64,000 bases of DNA. It comes from Chthoniobacterales bacterium. Its GTDB lineage: Bacteria; Verrucomicrobiota; Verrucomicrobiia; Chthoniobacterales; UBA6821. The position numbers and the translations under genes are program-made. Below are positions 1 through 8,638 of the stretch, piece after piece. The DNA lies in NCBI GenBank assembly GCA_019747895.1, contig JAIEQF010000021.1, forward strand, positions 1,207 to 65,206, written 5' to 3'. Every line of letters begins with the position of its first letter. The stretch's first letter is position 1. The notes under the pieces were generated by a model, which did no database searches, was not told the origin of the DNA, and worked only from the letters and a program-made list of their open reading frames with translations.

Positions 1-227
1 CGCCGACGAATTTCTGTCAGACGACGAAAAAGACCGCGATACGTATCTTCCACCAGCAAATAAGAAACTCCTTTTGGAATTGAATACGCACACTCTCGTC
101 GCAAAGAAACAATGGTCACCTCATCACCCTGCGCTACTATTGCCTCGGCCAGCGTTAAAACAACGCGCTCTGCACCGCCTCCAGCAAGTCCATCGATAAT
201 AAAAAGAACGCTTTTAGAATTCCTCAT
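1..227 (-). CDS. glycosyltransferase (GT4-like), 5' part only; gene runs off the window start
   Basis: Not in ORF track (no stop in window). My translation of the minus strand from ATG 227-225 gives MRNSKSVLFIIDGLAGGGAERVVLTLAEAIVAQGDEVTIVSLRRE..., open to nt 1. A GGAER-type N-terminus is typical of GT-B/GT4 enzymes. ATGA start/stop overlap with 224-1279. Confidence 0.55.
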   Translation of the reverse strand, partial: MRNSKSVLFIIDGLAGGGAERVVLTLAEAIVAQGDEVTIVSLRRECAYSIPKGVSYLLVEDTYRGLFRRLTEIRR

Positions 228-1279
228 GAATGAAGCAATTCTTCGACCGCAGCAATCACCGGAGCAACAGGAATATTTTTTAAATAACGTTCTCGCGTTC
301 CGGTGTTCACGGCATCCGGATCAAGCAAGCTTCCATAATCGCGCGCATCAATCAACCGATATCGCGTCTGCCAAGGATGCCATTCTTTAATTTTCGTAGG
401 ACCAAAAAGAGCGACCGTATCTTTTTTCAACGCTGCAGCCATGTGCATGGGGACAGAATCAACGCCCAGAAAAAGGCGTGATCCTTCAATCAAGGCTGCA
501 AGCTGCCCCAGCGTCAATTGCCCAGCTAACGAAATGATGTTGGGACCCGTAACTTTTTTTAAAATCGCATCGACCAATGCCACCTCTTCTTTTTCTGGTG
601 AAGAAGTGAGGATGACGGGCCACCCTTGGCGAGCAAAATGTTGAATCACTTCCGCAAAGCGATTGTCTTCCCAGCATTTAAAAACCCATCGCGCTGCAGG
701 GTGGACCACGAGATAAGGTTTTTCAATCTGATGATGTTGCAAATATTTTTGCAACACACAGCGATCTTCGTCAACAATCTCCAAGCGACAGCAAGCTTGT
801 TTTCCAACAAGATCAATTCCTAACGGCCCTAACAATGCTAGATTTTGCTCCACCGTATGATGCGTATTGCTGGCAAAGAGCGACACCAAATAAGTAAAGC
901 AAGAGCGCCAAAAAATATCTCGCCGACGCGGATAATCGATGCCGATAGACCCTTGTCGTGCGAGAAGCTTTGCCATCAAGGCACCTTGCATCTGATCGGA
1001 AAGATGCAGCACCCAATCATACTTCTGCTTCCGTAATTGAAAAAAAACTCGCAGATGATTCCAGGGGCTCCTCCATCCTCGCAGATCTCGATTCCAACAC
1101 CAGATATGACGGAAGTCGGGATCATTTTTAACAAGCGGCTCGGTCCCCTCGTAGACCAAAAGATCAATCTGAGACGTTGGAAACTTTTCCTTTAACGCAC
1201 GTGCTACCGGCGTCGTTAAAAGAACATCACCATGATGACGTAGTTTAATAAGGAGAATGTTCAATCTATTAGAATGCAC
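224..1279 (-). CDS. LPS heptosyltransferase (glycosyltransferase family 9)
   Basis: 351-aa ORF. N-terminal ILLIKLRHHGDVLLTTP and C-terminal GVDSVPMHMAAAL match the GT9 heptosyltransferase motifs (RxxxxGD ... GxDSxxMHxAAA). Lies in an LPS-core gene cluster. Confidence 0.8.
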   Translation of the reverse strand: MHSNRLNILLIKLRHHGDVLLTTPVARALKEKFPTSQIDLLVYEGTEPLVKNDPDFRHIWCWNRDLRGWRSPWNHLRVFFQLRKQKYDWVLHLSDQMQGALMAKLLARQGSIGIDYPRRRDIFWRSCFTYLVSLFASNTHHTVEQNLALLGPLGIDLVGKQACCRLEIVDEDRCVLQKYLQHHQIEKPYLVVHPAARWVFKCWEDNRFAEVIQHFARQGWPVILTSSPEKEEVALVDAILKKVTGPNIISLAGQLTLGQLAALIEGSRLFLGVDSVPMHMAAALKKDTVALFGPTKIKEWHPWQTRYRLIDARDYGSLLDPDAVNTGTRERYLKNIPVAPVIAAVEELLHS

Positions 1280-2183
1280 TCAAGTGCTGAAATGTTTCAA
1301 ACCGTTCTTGGATCTGTTCTGGCGTCACGGTACGCAAGCGATCCACACTAAAGGCTTCAACACTAAAACTGGCCATGACGCTGCCGTAGACGACGGCCTG
1401 ACAAAGATGCTTAAATTCAACTTTTGTTTCTTTGGAGCCATCGCGTTTTGCTAAATAACCCGCTAAGCCGCCAGCAAAAGCATCACCAGCTCCAGTAGGA
1501 TCGTGAATATCTTCGAGAGGAAACGCAGGACAACTGAAAAATTCTCCATCCCCAAAAAGAAGACAGCCATGCTCTCCTTTTTTGATGGCCACATAAGCAG
1601 GTCCCATCTCGCGCAGACAGCGTCCTGCTTTGATAAGACTAGTCTCACCCGTGATCTCACGAGCCTCACTATCATTGAGGAGGAGCATGTCAATGCGACC
1701 CAGCAAGTCCATCAGACGCGGGCGCGCAATATTGATCCAGAGGTTCATCGTATCAGCCACAATAAAACGTGGCGCTTCGAGTTGGTCGAGCACATGAATT
1801 TGCAAATCGGGAGCGATATTCCCAAGCAAAACAAAATCTGTTTTTCGATAAGCTTCTGGCAACGTCGGCGTGAAATGTTCAAAGACATTTAAGTCTGTCG
1901 ACCGCGTATCACGGTTGTTCATGTCGTAATGATATTCCCCTGACCAACGGAAGGTCTTTCCAGGAACAACCTGCAAGCCAGCGAGGTCGATGTTCCTTTC
2001 TTTAAAAAGAGCGATATGCTCTTTGGGAAAATCATCTCCAACAATACCTACCAAATAGGGTGTTGTAAAAAAACTGGCGCTCACAGCTGCGTAGCTAGCA
2101 GCACCACCGAGAATCTCGGCGTGTTCTTCAAAAGGAGTTTTAATAGTATCAAGTGCGATGGAACCTAAGACGAGTAAAGACAT
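1269..2183 (-). CDS. PfkB-family sugar kinase
   Basis: 304-aa ORF. N-terminal LVLGSIALDT and C-terminal DPTGAGDAFAGG (PfkB signature 2). 11-nt overlap with the downstream heptosyltransferase. Substrate not inferable. Confidence 0.75.
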   Translation of the reverse strand: MSLLVLGSIALDTIKTPFEEHAEILGGAASYAAVSASFFTTPYLVGIVGDDFPKEHIALFKERNIDLAGLQVVPGKTFRWSGEYHYDMNNRDTRSTDLNVFEHFTPTLPEAYRKTDFVLLGNIAPDLQIHVLDQLEAPRFIVADTMNLWINIARPRLMDLLGRIDMLLLNDSEAREITGETSLIKAGRCLREMGPAYVAIKKGEHGCLLFGDGEFFSCPAFPLEDIHDPTGAGDAFAGGLAGYLAKRDGSKETKVEFKHLCQAVVYGSVMASFSVEAFSVDRLRTVTPEQIQERFETFQHLSAF

Positions 2184-2193
2184 GCGGGGCAGA

Positions 2194-2356
2194 TTACAGG
2201 TTACAGGTTGCAGGTTACAGGAAAAAATTCGAAGATTGAGTTGAAAAGTTGAAGTGTTTTAAAAACAAAGTGCATGTTGTTTAAAAAAAACGATTAATTT
2301 TTTTCTGTTGATGGCTTTTCCCCTACACCCTGTAACCTGCACCCTGTAACCTGTAG
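2194..2356. repeat. split-arm inverted repeat, CCTGTAA/CCTGCAA heptamer family (both arms)
   Basis: Left arm 2194-2221 ttacaggttacaggttgcaggttacagg; right arm 2328-2356 ccctgtaacctgcaccctgtaacctgtag; about 105-nt AT-rich spacer. The left arm ends 10 nt from the PfkB start. The right arm is inside the GT2 3' end. Confidence 0.9.
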
Positions 2357-3097
2357 CTCATACCCCCGACTGTAGCGGACAAACGTTGAGAACCCGGTTG
2401 CTACAGCAATCCAAAGCCCTGGGAAGCCATCGAGAAATCCGCAGCGAAAAAAATAGCCGCGGAAAAATCTCCAGATCGAACGCGTGAGCGTTGCCCAAAG
2501 AGACCATGATTTTTTTTGATCGAGTTGCTTTTTTAAAAACTCATCAGCAAAAGGATTGATTTTATCGATGTAGCGATTCATCGAAGGGAAAGAGTAATGC
2601 AGCAACTCTCCTGAGAGCGTTGTGACTTTTCCTGAAACTTCTACAAATTCATGAATCGGTTCTTTCCAACGTCCTTTGTCACGGCGAAAAAGCCTCAACT
2701 GAAAATCAGGATACCAATCTCCATGCCTGATCCATCGCCCTAGAAACCAGGTTTTACGCGGAAAACGGGCCCCATCGAGATACTGATCTTTACCTTGCTC
2801 AAAAAAAGCGATGATCTCTTTTTTTAATTCAGGAGAAACTTCTTCATCGGCATCGAGCGCAAGAACCCAGGGTTGAGAGCAAAGATCGAGAGCAACATTT
2901 TTTTGATCACGATAGCCAAGCCACGACTGCTCTTGAACAATCGCTCCAAAATTCTTGGCAATTGCCATTGTTCCATCTGTTGATCCAGAATCGACCACGA
3001 CAATTTCATGCGCTAAATCGGCAATACTCTGCAAGCAGCGCGCTAAGTTGCGCTCTTCATTGTAGGTGATGATCGCGATGGAAAGGGGCAAGGTCAT
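2294..3097 (-). CDS. glycosyltransferase family 2 (WaaE/KdtX-like LPS core glycosyltransferase)
   Basis: 267-aa ORF. SIAIITYNEERNLARCLQSI...VVVDSGSTDGT and LDADE (DxD) motifs. The last ~20 codons (ELQVTGCRLQGVGE...) are encoded by a heptamer repeat arm. Confidence 0.8.
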   Translation of the reverse strand: MTLPLSIAIITYNEERNLARCLQSIADLAHEIVVVDSGSTDGTMAIAKNFGAIVQEQSWLGYRDQKNVALDLCSQPWVLALDADEEVSPELKKEIIAFFEQGKDQYLDGARFPRKTWFLGRWIRHGDWYPDFQLRLFRRDKGRWKEPIHEFVEVSGKVTTLSGELLHYSFPSMNRYIDKINPFADEFLKKQLDQKKSWSLWATLTRSIWRFFRGYFFRCGFLDGFPGLWIAVATGFSTFVRYSRGYELQVTGCRLQGVGEKPSTEKN

Positions 3098-3104
3098 AAA
3101 AAAA

Positions 3105-3288
3105 AATTAACCACAAAGAACACAAGACAAAGAAGAGAATTAACCGCAAAGAACGCAAAGAACGCAAAGAAAAAATTGCAGTGATTTACTTTTCCAAATT
3201 CACAAAGTTGGGTTATCACGCAAATAAAGACAAAATGCCACTAGCGAAGCTTCATCTTTCAACTTTTTTGCGTTCTTTGCGGTTAATT
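3105..3288. repeat. split-arm inverted repeat, (A/G)CAAAGAAC 9-10-mer family, long form
   Basis: Left arm 3105-3171 aattaaccacaaagaacacaag...aattaaccgcaaagaacgcaaagaacgcaaagaa; right arm 3268-3288 ttgcgttctttgcggttaatt. The spacer is similar, in reverse orientation, to the spacer of 59195-59374. Confidence 0.85.
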
Positions 3289-3302
3289 TTTCCCCTTTCT
3301 TT

Positions 3303-4253
3303 CTAAACCTCTCGATCTCGCTGCAGAAGAGCCAAACGAGCGGCTTCCAATTTTTCTTTTTCTTGATCGGTTAAGCTACTGAGCCCAGTAGCATTGATCT
3401 TGTCGAGGAGTTGATCCACATAAATCATCGGACTGCTTTTTTTAGTCTTTTTTTGAAAAGCAGGAGAGAGGGAAGCTGTCGATGGTTTGAGGCTTTCCGT
3501 CGGCAGCGATGCTACCAATGTTGATCCCATAAAGCGGCGATCTCCTTCCTGCTTCTCTGGTGGAGGCAGAACCACAGGTTTTGACAGCGAGCGCTTGATG
3601 GCATTTTCAAGTCCGTTTACAGGGAAAAAATAGAGTGGTTCTTGATAACCTCTTTTTTTCATAAAAAAAACAGCTGCCACCGAGAGCGCGAGAAGCTGAA
3701 CCATTGAGATCCATTGATGCTCTGCTAGCAATTGCAGCGAAGAAAGCCCTAACAAAAGAAGCAGCATCCATCGCGCAGCAATACCAAAGAAAAACGAAGC
3801 GTTCGGAACCATCGTCACAAAAGCAGCGAAGAGCCCCATCCCCACCATCTCCATTCCATGGGCCTCCGTTGGGTGACCTAGAAGATGAGCAAGTTGAAAC
3901 AAGAGACCTTGGAGCAAGATCAACCCTCCATAAAAAAGCGCAAATGATTTACTTCCAATTCCAGATTCCACCAAGCGCCCGAAGTAATAAAGCATCCCCA
4001 TTTCTAACGCGAACCAAATATTGGGAGGATTGATCAAAGGATAAGTCACCAACCGCCAAAGCTCACCATGAGCCACCGCTGTGCTGTTGTAGACAAAAAG
4101 TTGAACGAGATCTTGACGCCCCGCAGCCAGGAGGAGCGCCATTCCAATAGTAGCAGCCACATAAAGACTCACTAAAAAAGGAACTGTATGAACGGGACGC
4201 CCGCTCAACCAAAATAACGGCTGCTGATCACGTGAAGAGGAAGAGGAAAACAT
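3303..4253 (-). CDS. polytopic membrane protein, rhomboid-like (possibly non-catalytic)
   Basis: 316-aa ORF with several hydrophobic helices. WRLVTYPLIN...EMGMLYYFGRLVE resembles the rhomboid WR/helix-2 region, but I cannot find a clear GxSG active site. Charged C-terminal tail. Confidence 0.4.
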   Translation of the reverse strand: MFSSSSSRDQQPLFWLSGRPVHTVPFLVSLYVAATIGMALLLAAGRQDLVQLFVYNSTAVAHGELWRLVTYPLINPPNIWFALEMGMLYYFGRLVESGIGSKSFALFYGGLILLQGLLFQLAHLLGHPTEAHGMEMVGMGLFAAFVTMVPNASFFFGIAARWMLLLLLGLSSLQLLAEHQWISMVQLLALSVAAVFFMKKRGYQEPLYFFPVNGLENAIKRSLSKPVVLPPPEKQEGDRRFMGSTLVASLPTESLKPSTASLSPAFQKKTKKSSPMIYVDQLLDKINATGLSSLTDQEKEKLEAARLALLQRDREV

Positions 4254-4395
4254 AGAGGGAGAGTAACGGTCAGCTGATGGATTTTTTGCTTTATGAATAG
4301 AAAGGGTTATCTAGAGTCTACCAGTAATTTTCTCTCTTCCATCCTAAAAATTAATTTAGAAAATGAAAACCATAATAAAACTATATTGTTTCTGA

Positions 4396-5829
4396 ATGCT
4401 TTTATTAACGGTCTCAACACTGGTTGCCGACCCTGTCTTATTCAATTATCTTGGAACAGGAGAAAATCCAAGGCTCTCGCTTACCTTATCTTCTAATGGG
4501 AATAACTGGAATCCTTATTCCATCGATTATCAAAGCAGTGGAAATATTCCATGGGGTTCTAATGCAGGAAATAATTGGAGCACTTGGGATGTCAAAGATG
4601 AAAATGGCCAATATTATGGAACGATCACGATAGAAGATGTCAACGGTGCACCTTCTGAGACAAAGTATGTTGGAGGAAACGTTGGTTATTATCTCGAAGG
4701 AGTTCATTTTAATTATGTCTCTGCAGACAACTACAGCCTGACTGTTGACGTTATCCATGGATATTCTAATAGTGACCCCTTTCCCGATGCGCCCGTTGCG
4801 ACACCTGCCGTTTATCCCGACTCCGAAACTCCAATTATCCTCTCCACTTCTGGCAATACCATTATTAACGACAAAGGCACCCCAATAATTTTAAAAGGTC
4901 TCGTACGTCCCTCGCTCGAATGGAATGCACAAGGGCAATATTTGAGTGTTAGTGACATTATCAACATAAGAAACTGGGGAGCTAATGTCATTCGTCTCGA
5001 TCTCAATCAAGGCTACTGGCTCTCCTCCGCCCCTATTAGCACACAGGGATCTTATAAGCAAATTATCGATGCGATTATTTATTATGCTACTCAAAATAAG
5101 ATGGCGGTGATTTTAGATTTGCACTGGTTGACTCCTAATGGGGGACAACAACCGATGGCAAATAGTGACTCGATCACCTTTTGGCAACAAGTAGCGAATC
5201 AATACAAAAATTTTGGCACGGTCATCTTTGAACTCTATAATGAACCCTATGGAATCAGCCAAAATGATTGGTTAAATGGTGGAGATGGATATATCGGATA
5301 CCAGCAACTTTATGATGCAGTACGAGGCGCAGGAGCAAACAATCTCTGCATCGTCAATGGTCTTGATTACGCCTATGACCTAAGCTTTGTGAATGATAGT
5401 TTTCGCGTCACTGGTTCTAATATTATCTATGGCTCGCACCCTTATAATCAAAAAGGCCAAGATGGATATACCGGCGCTGGAGGCACCTTTGCAACAGACT
5501 TTGCGGGCATCTTAGGAAAATATCCGATTATTTTTACAGAGTTTGGAGTCAATGATAACAGCTACTTTCCAACAGCCTATAAATCGATCTATGAAAATAT
5601 TCTAGCCTACGCCAATGCTAATAGTATTTCTTATTCTGGTTTTGCATGGTGGGTCGATACTAATCCTGCTTTTCCAACGCTGATTAGTGATTGGAATGGA
5701 ACCCCGCTCAATGGTGGCGTTCTTGTTCATGATGATTTACAAAACAACCCTGGAACCTCGATTTTTCAAGAGACTGCTAAAGAGCCAAAAAAGAGAACGT
5801 GGCGGTCATGGTGGTTATCATGGTGGTAG
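4396..5829 (+). CDS. glycoside hydrolase family 5 (endoglucanase/cellulase-like)
   Basis: 477-aa ORF. FELYNEP (acid/base Glu in the NEP motif) and IIFTEFG (nucleophile Glu) about 130 aa apart, as in GH5. Asn/Tyr/Ile-rich composition. See the finding on an in-frame TGA just upstream. Confidence 0.8.
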   Translation: MLLLTVSTLVADPVLFNYLGTGENPRLSLTLSSNGNNWNPYSIDYQSSGNIPWGSNAGNNWSTWDVKDENGQYYGTITIEDVNGAPSETKYVGGNVGYYLEGVHFNYVSADNYSLTVDVIHGYSNSDPFPDAPVATPAVYPDSETPIILSTSGNTIINDKGTPIILKGLVRPSLEWNAQGQYLSVSDIINIRNWGANVIRLDLNQGYWLSSAPISTQGSYKQIIDAIIYYATQNKMAVILDLHWLTPNGGQQPMANSDSITFWQQVANQYKNFGTVIFELYNEPYGISQNDWLNGGDGYIGYQQLYDAVRGAGANNLCIVNGLDYAYDLSFVNDSFRVTGSNIIYGSHPYNQKGQDGYTGAGGTFATDFAGILGKYPIIFTEFGVNDNSYFPTAYKSIYENILAYANANSISYSGFAWWVDTNPAFPTLISDWNGTPLNGGVLVHDDLQNNPGTSIFQETAKEPKKRTWRSWWLSWW

Positions 5830-5839
5830 ACTGTCTTTG

Positions 5840-6604
5840 CTACCGCGCTTTTGGCAGGGAGGGAATCAAAAATTCCAAGCTCCCCGAAGCAACCCATCCT
5901 TCCTGCCCAGTAGCCGTGCGCACGTAGGACCAAACGCCATGCTGCGAGAGCAAGATGAGGCAGCTCCCTGTCGGAAGTTGAGCAAGCACCGAAGAGGCAT
6001 CAGCTGGCGTAGCACGAAGAGGTGTTGTCGCAGGACGATCTGGTTGATGTTCTAGTGCCGCTTTAGCATCGGGTTTTGGAAGCAACACAACCTCATAGCG
6101 AGCGTGCAGACGCGGGTCAATGATCACACCCAATACCGAAATAGCATGTCCCACGAGACAAAGAAACACGACCAAGAAAAAAAGGCGCCATCGCTTAGGC
6201 TTCTTTGTTGATGGAAGAATTTGCAGGAAAAAAATAACGATAAGAATTGCCGTTGCGCTCCATCCGATCACAGTTCCAACAAAAGTTATTTTTTCAGGCG
6301 CGTAGCGTGATGCTAGCTTTTGCTGCCAAGAAGACTCCATGGGCAACTCCATTTTTGACAACACTTCTTGCAGCTCTTGTTGGGCTACAGCAAGAGTCGG
6401 ATCAAGCACCAGAGCCCGCCGCAGAGCTAACGAAGCAGCTGGCAAATCTCCTGCATCTTTTTCAGCGAGCGCTTCGTTGTAGTATTCCTCGGGAGAGGCA
6501 GTCTTACTCTTCTGTGATACACTCATTGCGGCAAGAGGCACTCCCAACAATAGGAAAAAAATAATGAGTAATGAGTAACGGGTAATGGGTAGCTGTCGCT
6601 TCAT
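5840..6604 (-). CDS. BatE-like TPR / transmembrane / SH3b protein
   Basis: 254-aa ORF. Last gene of the Bat operon. Contains a TPR-like segment (YYNEALAEKDAGDLPAASLALRRALVLDP), two TM helices and a C-terminal SH3b-like segment (GSCLILLSQHGVWSYVRTATGQEGWV). Confidence 0.55.
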   Translation of the reverse strand: MKRQLPITRYSLLIIFFLLLGVPLAAMSVSQKSKTASPEEYYNEALAEKDAGDLPAASLALRRALVLDPTLAVAQQELQEVLSKMELPMESSWQQKLASRYAPEKITFVGTVIGWSATAILIVIFFLQILPSTKKPKRWRLFFLVVFLCLVGHAISVLGVIIDPRLHARYEVVLLPKPDAKAALEHQPDRPATTPLRATPADASSVLAQLPTGSCLILLSQHGVWSYVRTATGQEGWVASGSLEFLIPSLPKAR

Positions 6605-6711
6605 AGGTTTATTCTAATTTAAAGTTTCATCTTTTTAATATGCAAATAACGTTTTTGATTCGTTTTTACGTATGTCCTGCCTCTGTCTAACACTCATTAC
6701 TCATTACCCAT
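6563..6711. repeat. split-arm inverted repeat, TAATGAG/TAACGGG heptamer family
   Basis: Left arm 6563-6591 aatgagtaatgagtaacgggtaatgggta (translated as the BatE-like N-terminus LPITRYSLLI). Right arm 6692-6711 actcattactcattacccat (contains the batD stop and last codons). Confidence 0.85.
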
Positions 6712-8475
6712 GACTTTTTTCAATTGCTTTATCAATCGTTCTTTTTCAGGAGCAGTCAAAAAGGTCATGCGTGCGCCATAGTGAATTTCATCTCGCCGTC
6801 TTAAAATTTCTTCGAGATCAGCAACGTCAGCCACTCCTTGCTTCAGAAATAACTCCGCAGCAGTTGCTGCTTTGTCATAAAATTCAGCAATGGAAAGCTC
6901 TTCTTTCTCAAGCTCTGCAATCAACTCTTCAAGGCGCTGCCGCTCTTGATCAAGGGGCGATCGTGCTCGCTGACTATAAGCTCTGACTGCAAAGATGCCG
7001 ATGAGCACCACAGAACCAAAGAAAAATGCCAACCAGGTCAGCACCCATTCTTTTTGATGGAGCGGATCTTTCCAGGAACGCTCCGTTTTTTGGTTTAAAC
7101 GCTCTCCGGCAACTAGCTTTGGAGCAGCAGGAGAAGGAGAGGCTGTTGCGCCTCCAGCAGCTGAAGGAGCTCCTGCTGTTGGAGTGGGAGCAGGCGTGGC
7201 GTTGCTGATTTCAAGTGGAAGTGGCTTCGTCTTTAGCGTGACATATTTTGTGGCAATAGGATCGAAATAAGAAAAAGAAGAACCTGGCGTCGCTGTCACC
7301 GCCTGCTGCGCAATCATGGTCGTATCAAAAGTCTTCACCCCCCTCCATCCAAAAACATCTGTTGCTTCAAAATGATCAGCTGGAGGATAAGTGCGCCATC
7401 CTTGTGTTTCTGTCAACTGGGGTCCTTTCAAGGCTTGAAAATTTCCTTGCCCAGAAAGTTTTAAAGAAAGCGTTACTGGATCTCCTTGATCTACTTTTTG
7501 CGGAGCAACAGATCCCTCTAAACGAAATTGACCAATCGCACCTGAGAAGTCTGCTGGACGACCTTCTGAAGGCAGAGGCATGACCTCACAATGTGTTGCA
7601 CTTGTTTTGAGCGTCATCTTATGTTGTCGAACCAAAGGAGACCTTCCTCCCATGAGTCGTGAAAAAAGATCGGGATCGATCCCGACTGGCGTTGGCTCTG
7701 GAATGGCAACAGCAATATCCAATGTCGCTGGCGGAATATCCAAGACTCCCGTCTTCACAGCAGCAAAGAGAGTGCGAAAGGTGGCCACGGTATAGATTAA
7801 ATTGTTTCGATTTTCACGACTCTGCTCCGGATCTTTGAAACGATCGGTCAAGACCCCCTCTCCCCCAAAGTTAGGTGGCCCCATGGTAGAAAATCCGTAA
7901 TGAGCATCGACGTAAAATCGAATTTCTACCGGCACGACTTCTCCGACATAAAATTTCTTTTTAGGAATTACGACTTCTGCAAAACCGAGACGACCTGGAT
8001 CAACGTTGTTGCTAGGTTGGTTCGCAAGCCTCGATGGCAAGGTAGCAGAACCAGGATTCATTGGAGACACCTGTTGCGAAGGAGCATTTGGAGAGGCTGA
8101 CCCTGAACCTATTACCGCCAATTGCAATGGCGTTGTTTTCATCATTCGCCCTTCAGCTCGCACGGTGACAGGAGGAACGGTGAGGTTTCCCGTTTTTAAA
8201 GGAACCACAATGTAAGAATAGATCACCGAAGAAGAGACTTGAAAATTAATCATCTGAACCTGAGATGATTGCCCTGTGAGCTTGATTTGGAGACCCTCTG
8301 CAGCAATCTCAGGAGGAACATCTGCTTGTTCTGCACCCGTCACTTTGACATCAAGCTGCACGACCTCTCCCGCAGCCACACGATTGCGCGATAACGTCGC
8401 CGTTGCATTGACCGAGGGGGAAGATGCAAAACAGATATTGCTGAATAAAAGTAAAATGAATAACGAGTATTTCAC
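6697..8475 (-). CDS. batD: BatD-like oxygen-tolerance protein
   Basis: 592-aa ORF with signal peptide, long beta-rich ectodomain, a late TM helix (WVLTWLAFFFGSVVLIGIFAV) and a cytoplasmic tail. It occupies the position after the batA/batB-type VWA genes. Confidence 0.7.
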   Translation of the reverse strand: MKYSLFILLLFSNICFASSPSVNATATLSRNRVAAGEVVQLDVKVTGAEQADVPPEIAAEGLQIKLTGQSSQVQMINFQVSSSVIYSYIVVPLKTGNLTVPPVTVRAEGRMMKTTPLQLAVIGSGSASPNAPSQQVSPMNPGSATLPSRLANQPSNNVDPGRLGFAEVVIPKKKFYVGEVVPVEIRFYVDAHYGFSTMGPPNFGGEGVLTDRFKDPEQSRENRNNLIYTVATFRTLFAAVKTGVLDIPPATLDIAVAIPEPTPVGIDPDLFSRLMGGRSPLVRQHKMTLKTSATHCEVMPLPSEGRPADFSGAIGQFRLEGSVAPQKVDQGDPVTLSLKLSGQGNFQALKGPQLTETQGWRTYPPADHFEATDVFGWRGVKTFDTTMIAQQAVTATPGSSFSYFDPIATKYVTLKTKPLPLEISNATPAPTPTAGAPSAAGGATASPSPAAPKLVAGERLNQKTERSWKDPLHQKEWVLTWLAFFFGSVVLIGIFAVRAYSQRARSPLDQERQRLEELIAELEKEELSIAEFYDKAATAAELFLKQGVADVADLEEILRRRDEIHYGARMTFLTAPEKERLIKQLKKVMGNE

Positions 8476-8493
8476 AGGGATGGAATAAAGAGA

Positions 8494-8634
8494 GGCTATA
8501 GGCTGTAGGTTATAGGAAGTTTTTAGATCAAAACATAAATTAAAAAATCGGTTGAACTTATCGAGTGAAAAAATTTCTTTTTTTGCCGAAGGCCTTACTT
8601 TGACCTACAGCCTATGGCCTATAGCCTACAGCCT
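8494..8634. repeat. split-arm inverted repeat, GCCTACA/GCCTATA heptamer family
   Basis: Left arm 8494-8516 ggctataggctgtaggttatagg; right arm 8604-8634 cctacagcctatggcctatagcctacagcct. Lies between the batB stop and the batD start. Confidence 0.9.
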
Positions 8635-8638
8635 GTCT

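Noticed and set aside
4393-4395. TGA reassignment (alternative genetic code) to explain the in-frame TGA in the GH5 leader
   Set aside because: TGA clearly functions as a stop elsewhere. Examples are the ATGA stop/start overlaps at 224-227, 19861-19864 and 37742-37745, and the bioB stop.
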